Source: Octopus vulgaris | Taxonomy: Eukaryota | Reading direction: 5' to 3' | Length of the DNA stretch: 64,000 nucleotides | NCBI GenBank assembly: GCA_951406725.2 | Contig: OX597816.1 | Location: forward strand, 125,054,001 to 125,118,000 | Part shown: positions 12,894 to 26,349 of the stretch, piece by piece | How positions within the stretch are numbered: position 1 is the first letter of the stretch | How the letters are laid out: each line of letters opens with the position of its first letter | Made by a program: the position numbers and the translations under genes | Notes under the pieces: model-generated | What the model was told of the DNA's origin: nothing | What the model saw: the letters and a program-made list of their open reading frames with translations, nothing else | The model's database searches: none

Positions 12894-13156
12894 TACCTGT
12901 TATTAGTCTATGGGGGGAAATAATTTTAATCAACGCTACACGTATTTCTGCACTGGTGGAGTGTTTATCAAGGCTATACCTAATACATAAATCCACCAGT
13001 GTTTCCTCAGGCTATTTATCTTATTGTCTTTCATAGTCTGATTTGCCTAATAGTGGTTTTGTCTCTAATTTAATATAATATATTATTTTACTATAAAATT
13101 GGATTCAATCCTAAATCTGATTTTTCCCTGTAAGTTTGGATTTATTCCCTAATATT

Positions 13157-13200
<44 letters not shown>

Positions 13201-13600
13201 TTAAAATCTTAGGGAATAATAAGCATTTCAGGTTATCAGGACATTTGCTAGTTTACTCTTTACTAATGCAATGTAAACGGTATCATTTATAATATTATTA
13301 CAAATTTAGGATTTTACCAATAGAACTGGAACTCCTATTTCAGGATAACCTTATTCTGTGGAATACACATAGAAAGTTATATACAATAAAATAATATAAG
13401 CATTTAAAAACCTACTATAAAATACAATAAAATTATTTGAAACAATATTCGAAAAAATATACAACCTACCTGTTATTAGTCTATGGGGGAAAATAATTTT
13501 AATCAACGCTACACGTATTTCTGCACTGGTGGAGTGTTTATCAAGGCTATACCTAATACATAAATCCACCAGTGTTTCCTCAGGCTATTTATCTTATTGT
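12894..13600. repeat. 134-bp direct repeat (12894-13027 and 13467-13600), each with a minus-strand hammerhead-like motif; Penelope-like pLTR candidate
   Basis: Copies 573 bp apart differ at one position by my reading; each contains the 10-bp stem cactggtgga/tccaccagtg between CTGAGGA and GAAA (minus strand). Confidence 0.8.
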
Positions 13601-13925
13601 TATTATTATTAACGGATCAAAGTTAAAAATACATATTCTAAGTCATACTAAATAGAAAAATAATATGAATAAACATATAATATATATATATATATATACA
13701 TACATATGTATATATTTATTTATATATTCATATATATATATATATACATATATATATACATATATATATACATATATATATACATATATATATGTATATA
13801 TATATATATGTTTGGAAACAATCTATGTATACGAAAACGCATATACCATATATTTATGTACATCGCAAATGTATGGAACGAGCAATTATTGTAAAACATA
13901 AGAAAACTAAGTTCTCCGATTTACT

Positions 13926-13959
<34 letters not shown>

Positions 13960-14884
13960 TTTATAAGTACGTTATATTTGGATGATATTTAAAAAATGAT
14001 TCAGCTTCGGTGATTACATCCTAACGCCTGATTTAAAGCTACTCTGACTGTCCCCTCTTTTCTGTCTAAGATAAAATTGCTTGTAAAGACGTCATATTTA
14101 CACCAGACGATACCTTAATTTATTGACTAATATTCTATGAATGTACAATATAGAACTGAAATTTTTACTTGTATCTTACATTTATGTTGTTGCTTTTGTT
14201 GTCAATCGTAACACAGCAATATGTGTGTGTACGTGTCTGTGTGTAAGTAAAGCCACCAGGAATATATTATATATGCAAATACATATATCTAATTTGCATA
14301 ATCCCTTAGTATTAGTGAGATGATAATCAGTGACTTCATTGACTGTTAACGAGCTAGTGATATATATATAACCAGCACAGAATTAATTCAAGCTACACAA
14401 GTCGTTTTTTCCTTTCCATGATGATAGTGATTAAAAAAGAGAGATGTATACTTACACAATGTGAGTCAAAAGATCTGTAAACATGTCATACAGAACAATA
14501 TAGCATTTGTAACTGTAACTATCAAAGTATATTTTATATACACAGATGGGTCGCGGTTCACTACAGTTGTTTCAGACGTATTGTTTATTGATGATCAAAA
14601 GTAAGGCTATCACAGTGATACAATTAAAGAAAGTGTTTGCAAAGAGAAAAACTTTTCGAATACTTGTTAGAATTAACAAAAAGAACTTCTTGCAAACAGG
14701 AGTGTACACCGGTATGACTTTGATAAGTCTTCAGTCAGTTACTTTTGAGTGTATGCATAACTGGAAGGGTAAATCCGTATTGTTTAGTATCTGTCAGTAT
14801 ACATTGCCGATACACAAGCGCACTATCCATGTTTCTGCTTTGGTAACTTTACTTTACCAATAACTGATTTTTTTTCGAATAAGT

Positions 14885-15250
14885 TGTCGTGGCTGTGTGG
14901 TAAGAAGCTTGCCTCCCAATCACATGATTAAAGGTTCAGCCCCACTGCGTGGCACCTTGGGCAGGTGTATTCTACTATTACCTCAGGCCTTGTGAGTATA
15001 TATATATATATATATATAACTGAATATATATATATTTGTGTGTCATTGTTGATCCCCATTACCGCTTGACAGCCGATGCTGGTATGTTTATGTCCCCGTA
15101 ACGTAGTGCTTCGGCAAAAAGAGTTAGATATAATAAGTACTAGGCTCACAAGAATAAGCCCTGGGATCGATTTCCTCGGCTAAAACTCTTTAAGGCGGTG
15201 CTCCCGCATGGCCGCAAGCAAATGACTGAAACAAGTAAAAAGAATAAAAG
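14885..15250 (+). mobile_element. tRNA-derived composite SINE
   Basis: Head gtggctgtgtggtaagaagcttgcc...ggttcagccccactgcgtggcaccttgggc; tail ...gactgaaacaagtaaaaagaataaaagaa followed by microsatellites. Confidence 0.75.
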
Positions 15251-15276
15251 AATATACAAACACACGCACACACACT

Positions 15277-16042
<766 letters not shown>

Positions 16043-16240
16043 AAAGTTAATGAAAGTTAATGAAAGTTATAACCACTTTTACATAATCATCAGGACAACA
16101 ATTGTACTATATATAATCTGTGAGTATTTATGTGTGCGTATAAAAATATATGTATATAATAACCTTACGCCAAGTGTAAAATATTTGGGGGGGCTGGTTT
16201 ATTCCTATCAGTAAAGCTGAAATAAAACAACAGCACCTGA

Positions 16241-16281
<41 letters not shown>

Positions 16282-16994
16282 GAAGTAGTATAAAGAGAAG
16301 TGATTCAGAGTTGGGAGTCTGACAAAGTAATAGAGAGAAATAGCCAGCTCTCAGCGACCAGACAATGGAATATAGGAAGCGATTGGAAAACAAATTTGTA
16401 ACAGAAAAAAAGGATAGCGAAAGAAAAGTTTGCAAGATAAAAGAAAAAAAAGAAAAACAGAAAAGAAGAGCGAAAGAAAAGAAAAATATATAGGTCTACA
16501 ACAGACTTATGGAATCAGAAAAGTAAGGAGATAAAATAATTGCAGTATAGACAGTAAATGACAAAGAGATTGAGAGAAAAGTCAAGTAAGACTATCACAG
16601 ATACAATTAAAGAAAGAAATCGTGTAAGATAACAAAATGAGTGTGTGTCTGTGCGTCTGTGAAGGAGTGAAAGTTGGTGGGGAAATATATAAAGACGAAA
16701 AGAATAATGAAGTATGAAATTAAGTTAGAGAGAACAATGATTGGGAGTGACTGGTGGAAAGATGAATAAGAATAACTGTAAAAAGACAAAATGGATCAAA
16801 GGAAAAAAAAGTGCATTAAAGTTTGAAGCAAAAACATTAAGAGTTACTGAAAGGAGATAAAAATAAACCAGAACATTTGCACGTGTACAACTTGAGAATA
16901 CTTATATGTAAGGGTGTGAGTGTCAGTGTGTGTCTGTGTGTGTATGTGTGTATGTGTGTGTGTGCGCGCGCGTGTGTATGTATGTATGTATGTA

Positions 16995-17400
16995 AACTTC
17001 ATGACGTTGATTCCACAATAAGTGGAAGAATTTCAGTCAATTACCAACATCTTTTTTGACGCTTATAATAGCATGGGTCTAATGCTCAACATAAGTAAAA
17101 TGAAGATTGTGCATCAGCATTCATTTATGTACATTGATAGATGGTGGGAATTTAGAAAATTTCCAAAATCTGGGAAGTTCCCTTTCATAGAATTGATGCT
17201 TGTGTGGAGATATAACATGATATGAATGTGTCAATGCCTAAGTTGCTTGTATAAGGTGACGGCAATATGAAAACAAGGAAGCATACATACGGTATTTATG
17301 CCAAGTGGCTCACCTCTTATACTAATGTGAAACTTGATAAAGATTATAGCCAATGACAGGACTTGTGGACCTTGCATTCTAGATAATCACATATTAGACC
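16995..17400 (+). mobile_element. Degenerate RTE-like LINE RT fragment
   Basis: ORF 17022-17225 'FQSITNIFFDAYNSMGLMLNISKMKI' resembles the post-YADD segment of RTE RTs. Confidence 0.5.
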
Positions 17401-17614
17401 ATAGAATTTAAAGCGGGTGGAAAACCATCGTTGATTCGAAAGTAATAACAACGATATATGCATACACATGGGGATACACACACATGCACACACTGACACA
17501 TCTATGTGTGTGTACGTATATATGTAAGAGGTGCGTTCTTGAAGATTTTGAGACTCTTTTAAGAGAGGTTATAACTGTCCAGTATAATTGTAATTTTCCT
17601 ATATCATTACTATA

Positions 17615-18445
17615 CGATGGGGTGCCAAACAGAAACTGGAATTTTACATTATTATTTTATTCTCTAATATTTACATGTTTACACTTTCATCGTCTTTAAA
17701 GTATTCTCCATTTGAAGCAATACATCGGTCCAGACTCATATTCCACTGTTCAAACAGTCCTGGAACTCTTGCGAGGCCTGCTAAAACCTCTGTTATTTTT
17801 TTTTTCTGTTCTTCATTTCCACATCAGCAAATTCCGTTGTACCAGCATTCGTCACCAGTGATGACTTTCGTTAAAAGGCCCGGATTAACTTCCAACTGTT
17901 TATATTTTTTCCAGTAAACTACACGCATTTAGTCGTGACTACTTTTGATCTTCCGTGATCAAGTGAGGCACACATTTTGCTGCAACTCTTCTCATTCATA
18001 ATTCCTCACTCAAAATTTGTTGGCAAGAGCTCCAGGATACATCTGTCATATCAACAAATACGTCAGTTGTTCGGTGACGAATCTCTCAGATCAGTTCATG
18101 TATTTTCGTAATGTTTTCATTCGTTCGAGAGGTCAACAGTCTTCTTCAACGAGGTTGGTCCTCAAGTGACATGTGACAATTCCTAAAGTGTAAAAACCCC
18201 TCGTAAACTTTTGTTCTTCTCATGGTAGCGTTTGAAGCTACCATCGCAAAAATCGACGAACAAGGGAGAATTCGTTGAACTGCAACATAAAGACGCACCA
18301 TGTGGCATTATTAGCTCAGTGGACAACGCCGGGTTGCAGACTGATGTCTAAAGGTTGCATTAAGAGGTTTCTAGCTGACGAAACCTGAACTACCATGAGC
18401 TTGTCCCACAGAAAACGTTTCCGGTTACTTTTGGGTACCTCCTCG
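17615..18445 (-). mobile_element. Degenerate mariner element, apparently nested in another mariner remnant
   Basis: Imperfect TIRs cgatggggtgccaaacagaaactggaa / ttccggttacttttgggtacctcctcg; minus-strand 'AAKCVPHLI' (WVPR-like) at ~17960-17985 and LVTGDE-like motif at ~17850. Confidence 0.65.
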
Positions 18446-18479
18446 TGCATGTAATAAGCTGACTTGCAACATTTTGTTA

Positions 18480-19360
18480 TTCAAAATTGACGGAGACGGC
18501 GGTAACAACACCTTGAACACACCCTATTAAACACTGCTTGTCACAGACGATGAGTTTCCAGAATTCAGTCGGAACAGGAAGATAATTCGGAAGCTCACTA
18601 TGCAACAAAGTTTTGTGTTAAACTAGGTACAAACACTATAAAATCTTATGAAACCTTGCAGACCGTTTTTGCATTAACTTGTATGAGTTAGGCATCTGCT
18701 TTTCGCTGGAACAACAGGCCAAGCAAAGCAAGTCCATGATCCGAGGCTCAACCTGGGATCATGTGGTTGGGAGGCAAGCTTCTTACCACACAGCCACGCC
18801 AACTTTTCAGGATTCGAAGAAAACCAGCTATTTAGATAGTAAAGTCACCAAAACAGAAACAGAGATAGTGTGCCTGTGTACTGTTTAGTATCTGTATACT
18901 GACAGATACTAAACAGAATACGGATTTGCCCTTCCAGTTATACATATACTCACAAGTAACTGACTGAATCCACAACGTGTTATCACGAAGATTCACTTTT
19001 TCCATCATAAGGACATCATTTACGCCTGCTGGTTTCCCTCTGGCCAGGTGGTCAAGAAAGTACTTTGCGGAGGTTTTCTGGAATTTCGGATATTAATCAA
19101 GTAATTGACAGTGATGGACATCAAAACTGTCCCCATACAGTCCAGGTCCTGCTTCCTTTGATTTTTCTTGTTCCAAAGCTGGAGGAGAACATGAAGGGTG
19201 TCCTGGATAACTTCACTTTGGAAGACTTCAGTGGCTGGAGAGCTACAACAGGTGCAGTGAAATCAGAGGAACCTATTTGAAGGAGATTAGAGCTTTGTAC
19301 TTATTTGAAATTAGAAAATAAATGTCTCTCCTGAAAGAAGTCCCAAAACATTTGAAATTC
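18480..19360 (+). mobile_element. Degenerate mariner remnant with small SINE fragment (~18730-18800)
   Basis: FCVKLG-like start near 18610; ccatacagtccaggtcctgcttcctttgatttt (PYSPxLAxxDF-like) near 19135. Confidence 0.5.
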
Positions 19361-19461
19361 AGTTTATATATATAAGTGCGTGTGTCTGTGTGTGTGTGTG
19401 AGAGAGAGAGAGACAGGAAGAAAGCGTGTGTGGGTGGGTGTTTATGAGTGCATAGGTATAT

Positions 19462-19501
<40 letters not shown>

Positions 19502-20611
19502 GTTTGTATGTATGCATGTGGGTATGTTTATACACACAATAAGTGGTTCCACTAAATAATTAACCACTTCGTTTTATGTATCAGGGAAAGGAAAATATTA
19601 AAGATCGATAAAACAATCTGTAAGTGGGACCAGGTGTACTATAGCATGATTCTAACACGTAGCCCGCATTAGAAACGAATTAATACATTCCATCCATATG
19701 TAGCCGCTGTCATAATCCTAGGAAAAGAAATACACATTGATGGAAAAACAGTGCTGCCCTTCCAGCCATTAAAATATTCCCCCTGACGTTTAAAGTAACA
19801 ACTTAAGTGTAAGCTACAAGTGACTACAGTATATGTTTGATGTTATTAAATATCACAAGGTAAATTTATTGCCATCAAGCTAGAAACAAATTCAACCAAT
19901 ATTTCATGTCGAAAAATAGAACTTCATTTTCTAAAGACCGAATTGCCAAGAAGAATGCGTCTCGGTGTGATAGCAAATATACATACTGTGCTGGTATCTT
20001 CCTTCAAAGATTACAGGTCACATAGATTCCTTAAAAGAGTAAATCACATTTCGCCTTCTTCTACACAAGTTTTCATTCTGTAGCCAAAACCTTGAACAAC
20101 ACTGCCCCACTTTCCCTAGATAGTTAGAAGAGACACCGCGAATGATATGTAGGCAATATCATACGAAGTACCAGCTCTTAGCACTGTGTCTTACCGAAAA
20201 ATATGATATAATCTCACCGCTTAAAACCATTCCCAACGATCACATATGAGCTTCTTTTAAGCTGCCGGAACGTCTATATCCCTCCTTCTAAACATTGCGC
20301 ATTACACATTAGAGACCTTGTGACTATTTGTACACTTGCAGAAAGAACTTTCAAACATTCCTCCATTAAAAATGGAAAGAAAAAAAACCGAAAAATACAT
20401 GAAGTTCACTGCAGACTGGGTTTGTGAAGTTTATAATGCAGTAATACTCACACGCAGTTTCAAGTCAAGCATGCAGATCACTGGCGAAGTAAAATAACTA
20501 TGAATCGCATAATTCCCCAAACACTAATTCGGAAAGGCTTGATCGTACAGGGGTTAATATATTACTTAGTATTTCTCTCATTTCACCCTCTCTATCTTTC
20601 TTCCTTTCTTC

Positions 20612-20671
<60 letters not shown>

Positions 20672-20723
20672 TATATATATATATATGAGCGTGTGTGTAT
20701 ACATATATGCACGCATATATGCA

Positions 20724-20793
<70 letters not shown>

Positions 20794-21479
20794 AAAGTTC
20801 GAACACACATATACATCTACATGTATATACACACACACACATATCAATGTTTATATGTCTATGTGTATGTACTTCGACGCATAAATGTGCATATATGTAA
20901 ACGTGCATATATGTACACATCTGTCTACTACTAAATGAACACACAAATTTATATATGTTTGTCACCGTGTGTATGTGTAAGTGTATGTATTTTGTGGAGG
21001 TACGTGTATGCGTGCATGATTAGATACATGCCCTTACATATTCATTAAATTCTCTCAGCGCTTACCCGAAAGCAAACAACACTCACAGATGCGAAACTGT
21101 TATCCATTGCAATTAATTTCAACTATATTTTATTCTTAATTTTTATACTATATCACTTAACATTTCATCATATAGATGTTTACCTTGACAAAGTAAAGCC
21201 CCATGAAATTGCTCGGAAATATAATATGCTCTCTCACCCGTGCCTCGCTACATTATGTGATCGTGCATTAGAAAACACACATAAAAAATAACATTTTCAA
21301 TAATGAAGAAAAATAGATCTGTTCCTCACTTTGATGTACAACGTACAATTTTAATGGGTGTTTTGGTTGAATTCTAGATACTGTATTTATGTATTTCTTT
21401 CATGGACTACTGACAACACCGTCGTGTCAATTTATATATGTATAATATCACTGCCACGTTTTAGAAAACTGGATCAAAA

Positions 21480-21650
21480 CTATTTCTAATTTACTTTCAA
21501 TTCCACACAACATGGAAAACATTAACAATTCGCAAGCTATAAACGAGGATCCATTGTCGTTAAAATCTTTTGGTACTTTAACTTCGATAACGCGCGATAT
21601 GATGTCCACAGTGCACAGCATCATATAACCTGCCATAAACTTCCACGAGA
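21480..21650 (-). mobile_element. Ty3/gypsy-like integrase core fragment
   Basis: ORF 21448-21792 contains LCTVDIISRVIEV..P....DNGSSFIACELLMFSMLCGIE, resembling rve D,D motifs with an internal deletion. Confidence 0.5.
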
Positions 21651-21722
21651 CACATTCATATACACCGATGTATATGAATATACATGTATATGTATATATA
21701 CATATATTTATATTTATATATG

Positions 21723-21763
<41 letters not shown>

Positions 21764-22248
21764 CTTATACATGAAAATATATACACATACATACGCCCGT
21801 ATATATGTATACGTTTATATGCAGACAGTTATACACAACGTTGAAATAATAAAATGACACTTACGATGACACTTAGGTTCCTTATCATATTCCTCACCGT
21901 CTTCTTCCGATGAAGATCATGATCAATATAATTTTCGCCTTTCCTATTGTAATCGACAGTAAAACATTGTGACTATTAATATTGGAATAGTTTTCCAATA
22001 ATAGTTTTCTAAGACTAGAAGGCCCTAATTACATTGGATATATAAATATACACTATCTAAATGCCAGTTATTATTGTTATTATTTGTTTGTGTGTAACTG
22101 TGCCTGTGTGTGTGGCTTCGTGTTTGTGTGTATGTGTGTGTGTGTGTATGTGTGTGTGTGTGTGCACATCATAAATTCTATAATTATTATTTTTTTTTTC
22201 TTGTATCATACTCGCTTACATAATTTCTATAGTGAACTAAACCTGAAA

Positions 22249-22295
22249 TCATCATTATCATCATCATCATCATCATCATCACCGTCATCATCATC

Positions 22296-22327
<32 letters not shown>

Positions 22328-22432
22328 CATCATCGTCATTATCACCACCACCACCACCACCACCATCATCATATCGTCATTATCACCACCACCACCACCG
22401 CCATCATCATCATCATCGTCATTATCACCACC

Positions 22433-22526
<94 letters not shown>

Positions 22527-22545
22527 ACATCATCATCGTCGTCAA
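22249..22545. repeat. Compound (CAT)n/(CAC)n microsatellite
   Basis: Directly visible trinucleotide tracts. Confidence 0.95.
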
Positions 22546-22846
22546 ATTATCACTGAACACTAAGTAATGATTTCTTTCCGTCCATGACATTGATATATTT
22601 CTTGTCGATCTTGCCTGTGTAATGTATTTTATCACGTTTATTGTGTACCTGACAAATGGCCAGGTTATCTATCTGTGTGTCCCTATTAGCTTATCACTCC
22701 GGTCGCATATGAGCGAAAACAACGCAAAAACACACGAACAAACTACAAACACAAATTGTAATATTCAAACTCACTTCTCCACTTTCTACTTCACATATTT
22801 TCTTCTCTTTTTCATTATTTCCTTCTTCTTCTTCTTCTTCTTCTTC

Positions 22847-22952
<106 letters not shown>

Positions 22953-22954
22953 TT

Positions 22955-23250
22955 TTTTTTTTCTTCTTTCAAATTTGCTTCCATTTCTTGCCGAGTGTCT
23001 TCCCGACTCCTAAGGCAAAGAAACTCATAGTATACATTGGTAGGCCATTAAACCAAACTCAATAGTTCGTTCATTTTTTTTTTTTTTTTTTTTTTTAAAG
23101 TTAAATTAAAATACATGAGCAGCAACAGTTCTCACATCGACAATGCTCTTCTCAATATGTGTGATGTACCAGTTAAGACAATCTTTTGCACTTCTTGCAA
23201 GGATGGTAAGCCAGGGATCATTCTCATATAATTTTCGGTTCCCTTCTTGA

Positions 23251-23252
<2 letters not shown>
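22955..23252 (-). mobile_element. 3' end of an R4/Dong-like non-LTR retrotransposon, between (ATT)n tracts
   Basis: IKKGTENYMRMIPGLPSLQEVQKIVLTGTSHILRRALSM* C-terminus followed by short 3' UTR and (AAT)n in element sense. Confidence 0.8.
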
Positions 23253-23341
<89 letters not shown>

Positions 23342-23375
23342 TATTATTATTATTATTTTTATTACTACTACTACA

Positions 23376-23412
<37 letters not shown>

Positions 23413-23789
23413 TTGGTTTCACGACTGATTTTGCTATGAATTTCAGGTATTTCATTTTTCGATAGTTTGAATATGCATAATTTCTGCCATTGTTTTTAGC
23501 TAGCATATTCACTGCCACCATTTTAACATTGTTGAAACTCGTGTTGATCTTAATATAACTAAGATCACCATTATGACTAAGGTCAAAAAGGGATCTTAGT
23601 TATATTGTTTTTGCCGGATTTGCTGACTGAACTTATCCACCCTGCTTTTCTTTATCTCCCATTCACCTTTTATCTCATTTGTAAAAATAGGTGACACCAT
23701 ATTAATATTAATATCCTTTTGATATACGTATTGTTCAAAACTTATGAAGAAAAATCGTGATATCAACATGAATAGCCAGCCAGTTCACC

Positions 23790-25400
23790 TTCCCCTTTCC
23801 AGATAACGTAAAAAGACCACTGTAAAAAGGGTCATGCCAAGTTCATTGTGCCGAATATTTTCAATTCTCTCATGTAATATGCTAATGCCATTGTTTATTT
23901 GATTTATAGCCAATAGCTAAGTCTTAAAACATCTTCATAATGCCCTCTTTAGACAGTCAATGCATCTTGTACCTTCTGTGCTTCTGTGTCTCGAGCCCTT
24001 TTTGTAGATCTTAGAATTCTTGAGAGACATCCAATTCGAGCTGCAGAGCAGAAGAGCTGTGTCGGCGAATGCAGATGGAGTCATCATAATGGTGTGCTAT
24101 AGCATGGGACAGGAAATCGTCAGCATCTTGCTAAATATAATATGAAGTGGTGGTAGGAGTAAAGATAAAGCAGGACAAATTACTTTTCTTGTTATGTCTT
24201 AGATTACGAACCTACCCCCCAGTTAAACGTATCGGATTCGGATTTGATACGGACCTCCAGGTTGACTGGAACAGGTTAGAATTTATGACTTGAGTAGCCA
24301 ACCAAACTCAGGAATGTGTTGGGAGGAGACTATCCCTGAGCGATTGATCAATTGTAAATGATCAAGAGACCGTTGAGCATTGCGCTACTTCTTGAGTGTC
24401 AAACTTTGAGCGTCTGTACTCCTTCTCTCTTTAAAAGGAACCCGTTCTATTGGTTATATCGTTCATCTGTTGTAACGATTCTTAGGAATAGGGGCTCAGC
24501 ATACTTTGGCTGCAGATTCACAGACATGCCCTGAAGCACCACTATTTGCATCCTTTTTTGGGACAGTAAGCATGTGTGAAGTCCGTTTGTAACGCACATT
24601 TTTCCGTAGCTGATTTCCTTGACAGTACTGCTACCTAGGGCGAATTAATGCTTAACAGTTGACACCTTGCATCCCTAGTGTAGTGAGAAACGGATACCAC
24701 TCTCTAATAAACTATTACAGAAACAATATATAAAGAAAGGTGATGGATAAGAGCGACGTTGTTCTCGGGAATCTCTTGGTGTCAACAAGGAGGGTCTAGC
24801 TGGTCTATTTCAGAGAACATTCAGCTATGCATAATTTCTAGAAATCCTTGGCCCGGCAGTGCTAGTGTGGAGCATTACCGCTTTGGGATAAGCTTCAATG
24901 GAACGGAAGTATCGCAAAACGAGCCTGTCTGAGATATGCACAGAACAGCTGAAACATACTACTTGCGCTTGTGCAGTGTTCGAGCAATGCTAACATGTGG
25001 AATTTTATCAAGCGATTGTTAGATCACGTAAATCCGATACGATTTTTGACGGAGTCCATCAAGTATCGCTCCACCGTGCACTTTTATCAAGGCAAAGCTG
25101 GTAGATTTCCTCGAAAGTAGTTGGGCAGTATACGGCATACTCAAGGCAAACACGATTTTGGCAAAGTGCTCATCGACATTTTTCAAGTTCTACTTTACAG
25201 AAAATTAGGGCGGTGAACGAAGTGATAGTGCTGCAAATTTTACAAAATCTGAGTAACTGCGGCAAAAGAGTTAATAAGAATTGCATTGCTGTAAGCACGT
25301 CCCGGTCATCTCTAGTAGTCTGGTGAACAACATTTGGGCTACGGCATGTAACGTCAGGGACTAAGTCTGTATGATTCCTCGATTGACTCTAGAGGTGATT
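23790..25400 (-). mobile_element. Very degenerate Ty3/gypsy pol remnant (RT-RNaseH-integrase) with possible PPT and 3' LTR at ~23530-23787
   Basis: Weak minus-strand motif remnants (FLG..NY-like ~25110-25165, AS..VSAVL-like ~24940-24970, GPY/F-like ~23815); polypurine ggaaaggggaagg followed by TG at ~23787. Confidence 0.45.
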
Positions 25401-25615
25401 TTCTTTATCAGAAGGCATGCATCTGGGGTGTTCAAATATTTTATGTACTACCTCTACTTTTTATTCAATCTCTCCATAGTTCCTTATCTTTCTGCATGTA
25501 AATTCCAAACATCAATTGTAAACTGTATTTATGAGGTTACACTTGCGACAAATAAAGAATTATCATTACTTTTATCATTGTGGTCGTTGTTCTCGTTGTG
25601 TTGTTGTTGTTGTTG

Positions 25616-25674
<59 letters not shown>

Positions 25675-26190
25675 GAGTGAGAGAGCAGTTCATGCCATCA
25701 AAGTGACACTGGGGTAAAATATACGAAGCCCAATATACCCATCATGACTACCCGTCTGATAAGGGTACACCAGGCACATGCATCACAACCATATGTGCGC
25801 GACATGGTGATCTCATATCAAGATAAACAACACATGACCTTGCAGGTGGGGCCCAGTTAGAATTTTCTTCAGGTTGAGTAGCCCATCTCGTTCAAAAGGT
25901 CCCTGAATAAGGGTTGTTTAAGGATGTTGAAAGAACCACACATGTTTCCAGAGGTGAATTATTCAAACCCCAAAGAATCCCTCTCAACACATGGCTATGA
26001 TGCTCCCCCACTACTTCTGTTCATGATCAGAGATGCACATATCGTCAGTCACTAAGGGACATGCTCAACTGGTTAAAGTCAAACAACTGACAAGCAAATT
26101 TATACCAAGACAAAACAACGTACATGTTAACACTTCCAATCAGTTAAGATCAGAAGCCAAGAGAGCCACTGCCTGGTACTGCATCAGGGC

Positions 26191-26191
<1 letters not shown>
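25675..26191 (-). mobile_element. Non-coding ~517-bp interspersed element inserted in (AAT)n
   Basis: Sharply bounded by (ATT)n both sides; its terminal ~120 bp recur inverted at 53539-53660, also followed by (AAT)n. Confidence 0.75.
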
Positions 26192-26280
<89 letters not shown>

Positions 26281-26349
26281 CATTATTATTATTATTATTA
26301 TTTTATTCAAAAGCTATTACATATTAATTTATTTTACAGTTATGTCATC

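Noticed and set aside
12730-13569. Two ORFs starting MDLCIRYSLDKHSTSAEIRVAL (apparent gene duplication)
   Set aside because: They are by-products of the 134-bp direct repeat and diverge into low-complexity sequence right after it.
19540-20500. Possible Tc1-like remnant
   Set aside because: Could not confirm paired TIRs or catalytic motifs by eye.
23500-23530. tRNA-Leu-like primer-binding site TGGTGGCAG on the minus strand
   Set aside because: Only a 9-nt match, not directly adjacent to a clear LTR end, and downstream of the putative 3' LTR.
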